A stretch of 59,234 bases of DNA from Anaerolineae bacterium (lineage in GTDB: Bacteria > Chloroflexota > Anaerolineae > Aggregatilineales > UBA2796). Shown here in pieces: positions 37,418-47,041 of this stretch (its first letter is position 1; every line of letters starts with the position of its first letter). Below the pieces are notes generated by a model, which was not told the origin of the DNA, did not search any database, and worked only from the letters and a program-made list of their open reading frames with translations. The position numbers were made by a program, and so were the translations under genes. The stretch spans positions 1 through 59,234 of the forward strand of contig DAOTWB010000263.1 of assembly GCA_034436235.1 (NCBI GenBank), in the 5' to 3' direction.

Positions 37418-39451
37418 ATGGATACTTTGATCGGACAGCGTCTAGGTCAGTATGAGATCATTGCCAAGTTAGGCGCAGGCGGCATGGCGACCGTCTATCG
37501 TGCGCGCCAAGCGAGCGTGGATCGTGATGTGGCGATCAAAGTCATCCGTACTGACCTGATGGAAGACGAGAATTTCGTGGCGCGCTTCCGCAACGAGGCG
37601 CGCTTGATCGCCAGCTTGCAGCACCTGCACATCTTGAAGGTCTTCGATTATGGCAATCAAGATAACATTTTGTATCTCGTCATGGAGCTGCTGGAAGGCG
37701 GTAGCCTGAGCCGTCTGTTGCGGCAGAGCGGCGGCTTGCCGCTCAAGCTCGCCATGCGGATGCTGGATCAGATCGGCGCAGCGCTGGATTACGCGCATGG
37801 ACGCGGCATCATTCATCGCGACCTGAAGCCTGATAACGTCTTGCTCGATCAGCAACAGAACGCTTTCCTGACCGATTTCGGCATCGCCAAAATGCTGGGC
37901 GATACTTCCAATCGGACGCGCACGGGCATGGTCATGGGAACGCCTGCCTACATGGCGCCTGAGCTGTGGAACGGTCAGACGGCGGACGCGCGCACGGATG
38001 TCTATGCGCTCGGCGTGATGCTCTACGAGATGCTGGCAGGCGTCTCGCCTTTCCGCGCCGAGACGCCGTATCAGATCATGCATCGGCACATCTACGAAGC
38101 GCCGCCGTCGTTGCGCAGCCAAGGCATTGCGCTGCCCGTCGCCGTAGATCGCGTCATCAGCAAGGCGCTCGCCAAAAATCCTGATGAACGCTTCTTCTCA
38201 GCAGGCGAGCTGGCAGCGGCATTTCATCAGGCGCTTGAAGGCTACGATCTCGCGCAGACGCCTCAGCGCGCCGCGGCGCCGACGTCTGTTGACACTCATG
38301 TCGCGCCGACCGCGCCGCCGAGCCTGCCCGAATTCAGCACGCCGCCCAGCAGCCGCCTGACCGAGCCACGACCTGTGGAACGCAAGCGCGGCAACAATGC
38401 CCTAGTTTTGCTGATCGGGCTGTTGATCGTCGCTGCTATCAGCGTTGGCATTTTTGCCGCCTTCAGCGCTAACCAAGCTGCGCTCGCCGAGACGCAGAGC
38501 GCGCTTGACCTGACCGTCACAGCGCAGGCTATTGCGCGCCAAGCGACCGTCACACCTGATCCGCAGTTCATCATCGTCGTGCCAAGCGCTACTGAGACGC
38601 CATCCCTGACGCTGACGCACACGCTGAGCGCGACCAGCACAGCGCGTTTCACTGAGACGCCGAGCAGCACGCCATCGCCAACATTGACGCACACGCCAAC
38701 GCTGACACCATCACCGACGCATACGCCAAGCCCGACGCCGACGCATACTCACACGCCGACAACCGATCCTGCCACGCTTGTCGCTGCCACGCTCGCGCCT
38801 ATTCAGACACAGACCGCTTTTGCGCGGCAAGTTCAACAGACTGTGGACGCTGTGCTTGCCGCTGAGCGCGCCACTGCCGATGCACAAGCGACGCAGCTGG
38901 CACAGCAGCGCACGCGCACAGCTTTAGCGCTATTGGCGCAGCAGACGCTCAGCGCGTTGAACACGCTGCAAGCCATTCAAAGCGCGACGCGCACGCCGAC
39001 TCATACTGCCACGCGCACGCCGACCGCTTTTGCTTCACCTACAGCGGCTATCATCATCTTCACGCCAATGCTCTTCACACCTATCGCCTTCACGCCGTTT
39101 GCGCCTGCTTTCAGCACGCCGACTCCTATCGCGATGCTGGCGACCGCGACGCCGATCACCTGCCCTGGCTTCTTGCCGTCGCGCCTTGTGATCGGCGAAT
39201 ACGGTCGCATCACGCCCGGCGATCCGAACCGCCTGCGCGAGACGCCGAACGGACGCGTCCTCACCCAAATTTATGCCGGCGAGACCTTCAAAGTTCTAGA
39301 CGGTCCAATCTGTGATACGGCGAGAGACGGCTCAGGCTTGGCGTGGTGGAAAGTTGAGTACATCAGTCCGCGCGATGGCAGGACGTACATCGGCTGGACA
39401 GCGGAAGGCGCCGGCGGCACATATTGGATCGATCCAATCAGCCGTCCCTAG
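37418..39451 (+). CDS. Hanks-type Ser/Thr protein kinase with TM, Thr/Pro-rich stalk and C-terminal SH3b-like domain
   Basis: LGAGGMATVY, VAIKV, HRDLKPDN, DFGIAK, GTPAYMAPE, DVYALG; TM; TP repeats; NRLRETP...GP.C...WWKV...GWTAEG. Confidence 0.92.
   Translation: MDTLIGQRLGQYEIIAKLGAGGMATVYRARQASVDRDVAIKVIRTDLMEDENFVARFRNEARLIASLQHLHILKVFDYGNQDNILYLVMELLEGGSLSRLLRQSGGLPLKLAMRMLDQIGAALDYAHGRGIIHRDLKPDNVLLDQQQNAFLTDFGIAKMLGDTSNRTRTGMVMGTPAYMAPELWNGQTADARTDVYALGVMLYEMLAGVSPFRAETPYQIMHRHIYEAPPSLRSQGIALPVAVDRVISKALAKNPDERFFSAGELAAAFHQALEGYDLAQTPQRAAAPTSVDTHVAPTAPPSLPEFSTPPSSRLTEPRPVERKRGNNALVLLIGLLIVAAISVGIFAAFSANQAALAETQSALDLTVTAQAIARQATVTPDPQFIIVVPSATETPSLTLTHTLSATSTARFTETPSSTPSPTLTHTPTLTPSPTHTPSPTPTHTHTPTTDPATLVAATLAPIQTQTAFARQVQQTVDAVLAAERATADAQATQLAQQRTRTALALLAQQTLSALNTLQAIQSATRTPTHTATRTPTAFASPTAAIIIFTPMLFTPIAFTPFAPAFSTPTPIAMLATATPITCPGFLPSRLVIGEYGRITPGDPNRLRETPNGRVLTQIYAGETFKVLDGPICDTARDGSGLAWWKVEYISPRDGRTYIGWTAEGAGGTYWIDPISRP
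38590..38765 (+). repeat. Low-complexity Thr/Pro/Ser coding repeat (kinase stalk)
   Basis: Encodes TETPSLTLTHTLSAT...TPSPTLTHTPTLTPSPTHTPSPTPTHTHTPTT. Confidence 0.7.
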
Positions 39452-39454
39452 CGC

Positions 39455-40228
39455 TCAGCCGTATAAATCCATGTGCGGCGGACGGTACAGATCGGCGGCG
39501 CTGCCATCGGCAGGCGCGCCATCAGGCGGACGGTAGCCGCGAATCAGCACAACGGGCAGGCCTTCTGCCGCCTGTCCGCTGATCAGCTCAGCGGCTGCCG
39601 CCAGCTCGTCCGCCACGCCAATTTCAGTGTGCTGCAAGCGCCGCCCGAACATATCGGCGCGCCCGCGCAAATTCAGCAACGCTGCGATGCCTGCCACGCC
39701 AATTGCCACGCCGATGTTGCCAAAGCGATGCGGTCTGCCGTGCGTATCGCTCACGATCACGGCAGGCGCTATGCCGCACAGCGCGCTCAAACGCTCGCGC
39801 AGCGCGCGCGCCGAGCGATCTGGATGCTCAGGCAGCAAGAGCGCCCATTCATCATCGCCGCGCACATTCGATTGATCTACGCCGCTATTGGCTGAGACAA
39901 AGCCGAGCCGATGCCGCGTGATGATCACCTTCGCGCCAACGCGCGAGATGCTTTGCGCCTCGCGCAGCACCAGCTCCACCACGCGCGCATCCTTGCCCGT
40001 CTGCGCGGCGAGCGCCCGCGCCTGCGCCGATGGCTGCACAGTGCGCAGGTCTACCAAGCGACCTTCCGCCTTAGAGACGATCTTCGAAGTGACGACCAAG
40101 ATATCGCCTGCTTGCAAGCGCAGATCGTTCTTGCGCAGCGCGTCAGCGATCAGCGCCGCTAGATCATCGCCTTGCTGGATGCTCGGCAAGCCGCGCAGCG
40201 CGAACAGCTGCAGGTCAGGCTCAGGCAT
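39455..40228 (-). CDS. cofE: Coenzyme F420-0:L-glutamate ligase
   Basis: GDILVVTSKIVSKAEGR, ANSGVDQSN, SDTHGRPHR.G, DELAAAAEL..GQ..EG.PVVLIRG. Confidence 0.93.
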   Translation of the reverse strand: MPEPDLQLFALRGLPSIQQGDDLAALIADALRKNDLRLQAGDILVVTSKIVSKAEGRLVDLRTVQPSAQARALAAQTGKDARVVELVLREAQSISRVGAKVIITRHRLGFVSANSGVDQSNVRGDDEWALLLPEHPDRSARALRERLSALCGIAPAVIVSDTHGRPHRFGNIGVAIGVAGIAALLNLRGRADMFGRRLQHTEIGVADELAAAAELISGQAAEGLPVVLIRGYRPPDGAPADGSAADLYRPPHMDLYG

Positions 40229-40901
40229 GGTCGCTAGACGCGAAGCCTGTGATGCGGATGCCCGCGCCTTTCACTTTATAGCGTCCATTGATGTAGAGCA
40301 ACACAGGCGTCAGCGCTTCCACAGCGACCGCGTTCATCAGCGCGCCGGCGTCTATGCCGCGCATACCGATCGCCTCGATCAGCGCGATGACCTGCGCTTT
40401 GGCGTCAGGGTCGTCGCCGCAGACCAACACATCGCAATCCACGCCGTGATCCAGCTTCTTCAGATGCACTGCGCTCACATTTTGGAAAGCAGCCACCACT
40501 TTCACCGAGTCGCCGAGCATAGCTTGTGCTTCCACGCACGCCGATTTGCCTTCAGGCACGTAAACCGTGCGATAGTCGGCTGCGTTGATCGGCACGGTCA
40601 CGTCAATCAAGAGCTTGCCTTGCGCCGCAGCCTTGATCGCGGCAATGGTCTCAGCGTGCGCAGTATACGGCACGCTCAGCACGATGATCTGCGCAGCGGC
40701 AGCTGCCTCAGCGTTCGCCATGCCGCGCACGGTCTGGACGCCGAGCTGTGTGTTCAGTTCAGCGGCTTTTTGCGCGGCGCGCTCGGCATCGCGCGAGCCG
40801 ATGATGACAGGATAGCCTTTGTGCGCCCAGCGCAAGGCGAGTCCGGCGCCTTCCTTGCCTGTGCCGCCGATGATAGCAAGGCTTGGCAGTGTCGTCTCCA
40901 T
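40221..40901 (-). CDS. npdG: NADPH-dependent F420 reductase (Fno/NpdG)
   Basis: IIGGTGKEGAGLALRWA, IGSR, VVAAFQNVSA, DVLVCGD, VEALTPVLLYIN. ATG 40901; overlaps the cofE start. Confidence 0.9.
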   Translation of the reverse strand: METTLPSLAIIGGTGKEGAGLALRWAHKGYPVIIGSRDAERAAQKAAELNTQLGVQTVRGMANAEAAAAAQIIVLSVPYTAHAETIAAIKAAAQGKLLIDVTVPINAADYRTVYVPEGKSACVEAQAMLGDSVKVVAAFQNVSAVHLKKLDHGVDCDVLVCGDDPDAKAQVIALIEAIGMRGIDAGALMNAVAVEALTPVLLYINGRYKVKGAGIRITGFASSDHA

Positions 40902-40992
40902 GATCGCTCCAATTCTTGTTGATCTTCTCGTCAATCCGCTTGCGAGGTGCCGCCTGTTATAGCGCGCAGACGGCACATCGGCAAGCGGCTGC

Positions 40993-42936
40993 TCAACGCA
41001 GCGCTTCGGGCAATCCCGGCACCCCTTCCGCGCCTGTGATGATCTGCGCCGTCGAGTGACTCAAGGCGTCGCCAAGCGGCTCGTACACGCCGCCCAGATG
41101 TTCTGCAAGAAACGCTTCGCTGAGCGCCACGAACGAGAGCGTGTTCACCTCGCGCGCGAAGCCATGCCCTTCATCAGGATACAGGACGTACGTGACAGGA
41201 ATGCCGCGCTCTTGCATGGCACGCACGATCTGATCCGACTCAGCCTGCTTCACGCGCGGATCGTTGGCGCCTTGCGCAATCAGCAGCGGACGCCGAATCT
41301 GATCGGCGCGGCTGAGCGGCGAGCGTGACTCTAAGAACGCGCGCCCTTCAGGCGTGCTTTCATCGCCAATCCGTTTGCGCATCATGTTGATCATCGGCTG
41401 CCAATACGGCGGCACGCTCTCCAAGAGCGTCACCAAGTTCGACGGTCCGACGATATCCACGCCACAGGCGAAGACCTCAGGCGTGAAGGTCAGACCGACC
41501 AGTGTGGCATAGCCGCCGTAGCTACCGCCCATGATCGCCACGCGATCAGGCTGCGCGACGCCTTGCGAGACAGCCCATTTCACTGCGTCCAGCAAGTCCT
41601 CGTGCATTTTGCCCGCCCATTCGCCGTCGCCCGCGTTGAGGAACGCCTTGCCGAAGCCTGTCGAGCCGCGAAAGTTCACGCTCAGCACGGCATAGCCGCG
41701 ATTGGTCAGCAACTGATGATATGGATTGTAGCCCCAGAAATCGCGCCACCACGGTCCGCCATGCACCAGCAAAACCATCGGCAAGGGCGAGTTAGATCTG
41801 CCTGCCTGTTCGCTATCGCTGCCTTTTGGCAAGCTCAGGTAGCTGACGAGCGGCAAGCCGTCGCGCGCAGGAATCACCACAGGATGCATCTTAGCGAGCG
41901 GCAAGCCTTCCAGCTCAGGACGATTGGTGAACAGAAAGTGCGCCTGCTTGCGCGCGCGATTGTACAGATAGTAGCGCGTCGGCGCGTCATCCAGCTGATA
42001 GGCGACTAGCCACAGCGCGTCATCCAGCGTCCGACTCTCCACGTGCAGCTCGCCTGCCGAGAGCGTCTGCAGGTAAGCGAAATCTTCCGCTAACGCAGGC
42101 TCAAGGACTTGCCAGCGCAGTTGATCGTAGTAGAAGCCTGCCGCCTGCGGACGACTCTCGGTCGGATGCACTAAGACGCTGTTCAGATCGGCGCGTGTGT
42201 CTTCAGCCAGCAAGGTTTGCGCGCCGCTTTGCATCTCAAGCGCGAACAGCGCGCTCGTGTTACGCCCGCGCGAATCGGCGAGATAGAGCGTGTTGCCATC
42301 TGTGCTGAAGCCGTAAGGCATTGTGGTTTGCGCGTCCTCATGCGGAATATGCGACCACAGCTGCCAGCTGCCTTGACCATCAGGCTGCACAATGTCGAAC
42401 GATCCGTCAGGCTTAGGCGCCAGCGCCAAGCGCACGGCGAACGTCTTATCGGTCAGCATCATCGCAAAGCCGATGTTCTCTTGGACGAGCGTCCGCTCGC
42501 CGCTGTGCAGATTGACGCAATGCAGATCGTGCAGCTGTGGATTGCGGTCGTTCATCGCGATCAGCACCTCTGATGGTCGCAGATGGCTGAGCGCCTCGAC
42601 GTAAGCGTTCACGCCTTCGATAGGCGTCAGGTCGCGCGCTTCGCCGCTCTCCACATCCACGCACAGCACATGCCAATTCTCGTCGCCGTTGGCATCTTGC
42701 ATGTACAGGACGTGACGGCTTGTATACGCCCATTCGTACATGCGGATGTTGCGTGCGCGCTCTTGCGTGATCGGCTTGGCGTCGTTTGGCGCGTCGGCAG
42801 GCGCCACCCAGATGTTCAGCACGCCGTCCAGCGGCGCAAGGTAGCTCAGATAGCGTCCGTCAGGGCTGAGCTTGGCGAGCGCGCGCGTCGGATTGCCGAA
42901 CAGCACTTTGCGCGGAATTAACGGATGACTGGTCAT
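40993..42936 (-). CDS. S9-family serine peptidase (dipeptidyl/acylaminoacyl peptidase)
   Basis: VHGGPW, NFRGSTGFG, nucleophile GGSYGG, QGANDPRV, DEGHG. Confidence 0.93.
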   Translation of the reverse strand: MTSHPLIPRKVLFGNPTRALAKLSPDGRYLSYLAPLDGVLNIWVAPADAPNDAKPITQERARNIRMYEWAYTSRHVLYMQDANGDENWHVLCVDVESGEARDLTPIEGVNAYVEALSHLRPSEVLIAMNDRNPQLHDLHCVNLHSGERTLVQENIGFAMMLTDKTFAVRLALAPKPDGSFDIVQPDGQGSWQLWSHIPHEDAQTTMPYGFSTDGNTLYLADSRGRNTSALFALEMQSGAQTLLAEDTRADLNSVLVHPTESRPQAAGFYYDQLRWQVLEPALAEDFAYLQTLSAGELHVESRTLDDALWLVAYQLDDAPTRYYLYNRARKQAHFLFTNRPELEGLPLAKMHPVVIPARDGLPLVSYLSLPKGSDSEQAGRSNSPLPMVLLVHGGPWWRDFWGYNPYHQLLTNRGYAVLSVNFRGSTGFGKAFLNAGDGEWAGKMHEDLLDAVKWAVSQGVAQPDRVAIMGGSYGGYATLVGLTFTPEVFACGVDIVGPSNLVTLLESVPPYWQPMINMMRKRIGDESTPEGRAFLESRSPLSRADQIRRPLLIAQGANDPRVKQAESDQIVRAMQERGIPVTYVLYPDEGHGFAREVNTLSFVALSEAFLAEHLGGVYEPLGDALSHSTAQIITGAEGVPGLPEALR

Positions 42937-42988
42937 AGAAACTCCTCAAAATTTTAGTGACACTGTGCTATTACGCAGCTTGCCGCGC

Positions 42989-44929
42989 TCAGGTTGCCGC
43001 GCCGTAGCTCAGCCACCAGACCGCATACGGCGGCAAGCTCAAATTGCCCGCCGAGTCGGGCTGGATGCGCTCGCCCGTCAGCAGCTCGTGATACGGCGTG
43101 CGCAGATCGGCGGCAGGCAACATGCGGCGCGCCACGGATTGCGCGCGCTCTGAGAAATTCGCCAGCACTAGGATGGTCTCGCCGCTGTGCATTCGCTCAA
43201 ATGCCAGCACATGCGGATTGCCGCAATCGAGCCACGTTGCCTTGCCTTCAGCTGAGAAAGCGCGATGTGCCTTGCGTACGTTGATCATGTGCTGAATAGC
43301 GCCGAACAGCTTGCCTGCGATGGTAGTCGGATCGTGCCGCTGCGCCTTGCGCGCCGCGTCCGCCTTCGGACGATGCACCCAGCGCGAGTCGTCCGCTTTG
43401 GCAGGATTCTGGCGGAAGCTGTAATCGTTGGTCATGCCTAGCTCATCGCCCAGATAGATCAGCGGAATGCCGCCTACAGCCATGATCAGCGCGTGCAAGA
43501 GCTGAATGCGCGCAATGGCGAGCGCGATCAGCGTCGGATCGTCAGCGGCAAGCGCTTGCTCCAAGCCTGCCAAAGACGCCAACATGCCGCTGATGCGCAT
43601 ATCGCCTATGCGCGGATTGTAATTGAACGGCAAGCCAATCGCAAAACTGCCTTCAAAGCGCCCTGTGTAGAAAGCGTTCAGGAATTGGCGATGATCGTAG
43701 CCGTTGATGCCAAGCTCAGCGGCATCTTCATCGGCAAAGCTCCAGCCGATGTCATCGTGGCAGCGCACGTAATTTACCCACGCCGTGCCTTGCGGAATGT
43801 TGAAGCGCTTCGCCATTGTATGGCGCAATAGGCGCACTTCGCGCGTGGCGAGCGCTTCCCACAGCAGCACCATCAGCGTTGGATGATAGCTGATCTGGCA
43901 CTCACGACCGATGTACTTCGCCACTTCATCGGGATGCACAATTGCCTCGCTTTTGAAGATCAGCGCAGGCGCAGCGATGCGCGTCAGTAGGTTGTAAGCG
44001 GCGATGATATCGTGCGCTTGCGGCAGATTCTCGCAATTGGTGCCGAGTTCTTTCCAAATGAAGGCGACCGCGTCTAGGCGCAGCACTTCCACGCCTTGAT
44101 TCGCCAAGAATAGCATCTCGCCGAGCATGGCGTTGAAGACGGCCGGATTGCGATAGTTCAAGTCCCACTGGTAAGTGTTGAAGGTCGTCCATACCCATTG
44201 GTCAAGGTCGGGCAGGTAGGTGAAGCTGCCGGGCGCTTGCTCAGGGAAGATTTCGCGCAGCGTCCGCTCATACTGATCGGGCAAAGTGCGGTCAGGGAAG
44301 AAATAATAGAATTCGCGGTATTCAGGATCGCCCTGCCGCGCTTTGATCGCCCATTCATGCTCGTCCGAAGTGTGATTGAAGACCAAGTCCAGCACCAAGC
44401 TGATGCCTTCAGCGCGCAACAGATCGGCGAGTTCAGCCAGCTCTGCCATCGTGCCAAGCGCAGGATTCACCTCGCGAAAGCTGCTGACGGCGTAACCGCC
44501 GTCGTTGCGCTCAGGCGGACAGCGAAAGAGCGGCATCAGGTGCAGGTAGGTCAGACCGAGTTCCTTGAAATACGGAATCTCGCGGCGGATGCCTGCCAAT
44601 GTGCCTGCGTATAGGTCAACGTAACACACGCCGCCGACCATCTGTTGCGTTTGAAACCAATTCGGCGGACGCGCCTCGTCAAGGTTGCGCAGAGCAAGCG
44701 GACGCGCTTGAAAGTATGCCGCCGCCGTGCTGAGAATCTGCTCTAACCAGTAGAAGAAGTCGTAGCGCGCGCCGTACAAGCGCAGCAAGAGCGGAAATAG
44801 CTCAGGGAAATGCTGATCGAGTCGCTCGGCGAAGGTCTGCCAGAGCGTCTCATCGCTGAACAAGGCGCGCAAACGCGGACGCAGCCGCGTGAGAGATTGA
44901 TGAATAGCATAGGCGAGTGTTTCAGGCAT
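42989..44929 (-). CDS. Amylosucrase / sucrose hydrolase (GH13 subfamily 4-like)
   Basis: GGVCYVDLY, DGGYAVS, FNHTS, RLDAVAFIWK, KSEAIV, RCHDDIGW, DDSRWVHRP. Confidence 0.88.
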   Translation of the reverse strand: MPETLAYAIHQSLTRLRPRLRALFSDETLWQTFAERLDQHFPELFPLLLRLYGARYDFFYWLEQILSTAAAYFQARPLALRNLDEARPPNWFQTQQMVGGVCYVDLYAGTLAGIRREIPYFKELGLTYLHLMPLFRCPPERNDGGYAVSSFREVNPALGTMAELAELADLLRAEGISLVLDLVFNHTSDEHEWAIKARQGDPEYREFYYFFPDRTLPDQYERTLREIFPEQAPGSFTYLPDLDQWVWTTFNTYQWDLNYRNPAVFNAMLGEMLFLANQGVEVLRLDAVAFIWKELGTNCENLPQAHDIIAAYNLLTRIAAPALIFKSEAIVHPDEVAKYIGRECQISYHPTLMVLLWEALATREVRLLRHTMAKRFNIPQGTAWVNYVRCHDDIGWSFADEDAAELGINGYDHRQFLNAFYTGRFEGSFAIGLPFNYNPRIGDMRISGMLASLAGLEQALAADDPTLIALAIARIQLLHALIMAVGGIPLIYLGDELGMTNDYSFRQNPAKADDSRWVHRPKADAARKAQRHDPTTIAGKLFGAIQHMINVRKAHRAFSAEGKATWLDCGNPHVLAFERMHSGETILVLANFSERAQSVARRMLPAADLRTPYHELLTGERIQPDSAGNLSLPPYAVWWLSYGAAT

Positions 44930-45001
44930 AGGTCGTGTGCGCTGTGCAAAAATAAGGCTACAGCGGCTAATTGTAGCACAGTGTCGCCCACACGCTGCCT
45001 C

Positions 45002-45030
45002 TTGTCAGGCGGCTGAAAGCGTGTTATACT
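45002..45030 (+). promoter_or_regulatory. Sigma70 promoter of the nusA-infB operon
   Basis: TTGTCA, 17 nt, TATACT, with TG extended -10. Confidence 0.7.
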
Positions 45031-45051
45031 GATAGGCGATGTTTGCTTGCG

Positions 45052-45075
45052 AAAAGTGGGTCGCTCCCACTTTTT
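45052..45075 (+). promoter_or_regulatory. rimP/nusA-leader-type attenuator hairpin
   Basis: AAAAGTGGG-TCGCT-CCCACTTTT-T between the promoter and nusA; resembles the AGTGGG..CCCACT leader of rimP-nusA-infB operons. Confidence 0.7.
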
Positions 45076-45118
45076 GTCTTAAATTCAAAGCGAGATTGGA
45101 TCAGGAGCCGCGCAAGGC

Positions 45119-47041
45119 ATGGCGAAAAGCGAGTTTACCCTAGCGTTTAACGAGATCACAGAGGCGCATCAGCTGCCGCATCACGTGGTGATTGACGCGC
45201 TGCGGCAAGCCTTGATTTCCGCCTTTCGCCGTGATAGCGGCCGCGTCAGCAGCGCACAGCGCGTGGAAGCTGAGGTCGATCCTGCCACCAACCGTTACCG
45301 CATCTTGCTGGAAAAAGAAGTGGTCGAAGACTCGACGCAAGCCGTCAATCCGCTCACTGAGATTCAGCTCTCAGAAGCGCGCCAGATCGATCCGAAGGTC
45401 GAAGTTGGCGATATGATCATGGCGCCGCACGAGGTTAACACCAAGACCTTCGGACGCATTGCCGCCCAGACTGCCAAGCAGGTCATTTTGCAAAAAATTC
45501 GCGAGGCAGAGCGCGCCGCGCTGTATCATGAATTCAAGAACCGCGAAGGCGAGCTGGTCATCGCGCAAGTCCAGAGCGTCAACAGCCAACAAGTCACTGT
45601 CATGCTGAACGGACGCGCTGAGGCGACCTTGCCCGCCAAAGAGCAGATCAGCGGCGAGCGCTTCAAACAAGGCGATAAAATTCGCGTGTACGTCTTAGAA
45701 GTGCGCGAAAGCACACGCGGTCCGCAGATCATCGTCTCGCGAGCGCACCGCAACATGCTACGAAGGCTGCTCGAGTTCGAAGTGCCAGAAATTTATCACG
45801 GGCAGGTTGAAATCAAAGGTGTGGCGCGTGAGGCAGGTCAGCGCTCTAAAGTGGCGGTCGCGGCGCTTCAGCACGGCATTGATCCAGTCGGCGCGTGCGT
45901 CGGTCCGCGCGGCGCGCGCATTCAGTCCATTGTGAAGGAATTGCACAACGAGAGCATTGACGTGGTCGAGTGGAAGGCAGATCCCAAAGCTTTCATCGCC
46001 GAGTCGCTCAAGCCTGCGCGCGTTGAGAGCCAGTACATCTACCTCGAAGACGATCTGGATCAAGGCAATACAGCCACGGTCATTGTGCTTGAGGAAAAGG
46101 AACTTTCGCTGGCGATCGGCGCTAAAGGTCAGAATGCGCGTCTGGCGGCTAAGCTGACCGGCTGGCGTATTGATATCAAGAGTCTCTCTGAGGTCGCCTT
46201 TGAGATGCTGCCGTTGTTGAGCCAGCCGCCTTTGGATCGGCTTGCTGCCGAGAATCCTGACTTGGTTGCTGAAGCGACGCGCATTCTGGAGAAAAAACGC
46301 GCCGATCGCACGGTCATGCCAGAGGAATATCAGACGCTGAAGCGCTTCGTACACATGGCGCAGCTGCGCTTGCTAGAGCAACGCCAAGCCGAGCAAGCGC
46401 GCCTTCGCAAGCTGATCGAGCAAGCGCGCCAGAGCCTGCCGCGCCGTCTTTTCCAGATGCAGCTGAAAGAGCTAGAGCTGGCGGAAGATATTCTCAAGGC
46501 GATTCACACGCGCAGCATTCAAAATGTGGGCGATCTGATGGCACGCTTGCAAGTGGATGAGCAAGGCATTTTGCAGCTGCTGGAGATGGCTAGAGTCAAA
46601 GATGGCGCCAATGTGGCGCTGAGCGACATTAAAAATGCGATCGAGTCGCTTGTGCCGAGCTACTTAAGCGCGCCTGAGCCGCAGCCTGCCGAGCAGCCTG
46701 CACTTGCATCAGAGCAGAGCGCACAGCCTGCGCCGAGCGCTGAGCTGACCGATGAAGAAGCGCCGCCTGCCTTTGTGGATGTGGAAGCGCCCAGCACGCT
46801 GCGTCCTGCGCCTGCGCCGCTGCCGCCGCCTGCTAAGCCGCGCCGTCCTGCGCCAATCTCAGAGCCGCCGCCTGCGCCTAAGGAAGAGCCGCGCCGCGAG
46901 CGCCGTGGCGGCAAAGGCAAGCCGAAGCCGCCTGCTGCGCGCGATCTGATCTACGATGAAGAGCGCGGCGAGACCGTCCGTCTGCGCAAGCACAAGCGGC
47001 GCAGTAACCGCGACTGGGAAGATTATGAGGATGAGGTATGA
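45119..47041 (+). CDS. nusA: Transcription termination/antitermination factor NusA with long C-terminal extension
   Basis: FGRIAAQTAKQVILQKIREAER, S1 domain, EVPEI, DPVGACVG.RGARIQ, LSLAIGAKGQNARLAAKLTGWRIDIKS. Confidence 0.96.
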   Translation: MAKSEFTLAFNEITEAHQLPHHVVIDALRQALISAFRRDSGRVSSAQRVEAEVDPATNRYRILLEKEVVEDSTQAVNPLTEIQLSEARQIDPKVEVGDMIMAPHEVNTKTFGRIAAQTAKQVILQKIREAERAALYHEFKNREGELVIAQVQSVNSQQVTVMLNGRAEATLPAKEQISGERFKQGDKIRVYVLEVRESTRGPQIIVSRAHRNMLRRLLEFEVPEIYHGQVEIKGVAREAGQRSKVAVAALQHGIDPVGACVGPRGARIQSIVKELHNESIDVVEWKADPKAFIAESLKPARVESQYIYLEDDLDQGNTATVIVLEEKELSLAIGAKGQNARLAAKLTGWRIDIKSLSEVAFEMLPLLSQPPLDRLAAENPDLVAEATRILEKKRADRTVMPEEYQTLKRFVHMAQLRLLEQRQAEQARLRKLIEQARQSLPRRLFQMQLKELELAEDILKAIHTRSIQNVGDLMARLQVDEQGILQLLEMARVKDGANVALSDIKNAIESLVPSYLSAPEPQPAEQPALASEQSAQPAPSAELTDEEAPPAFVDVEAPSTLRPAPAPLPPPAKPRRPAPISEPPPAPKEEPRRERRGGKGKPKPPAARDLIYDEERGETVRLRKHKRRSNRDWEDYEDEV

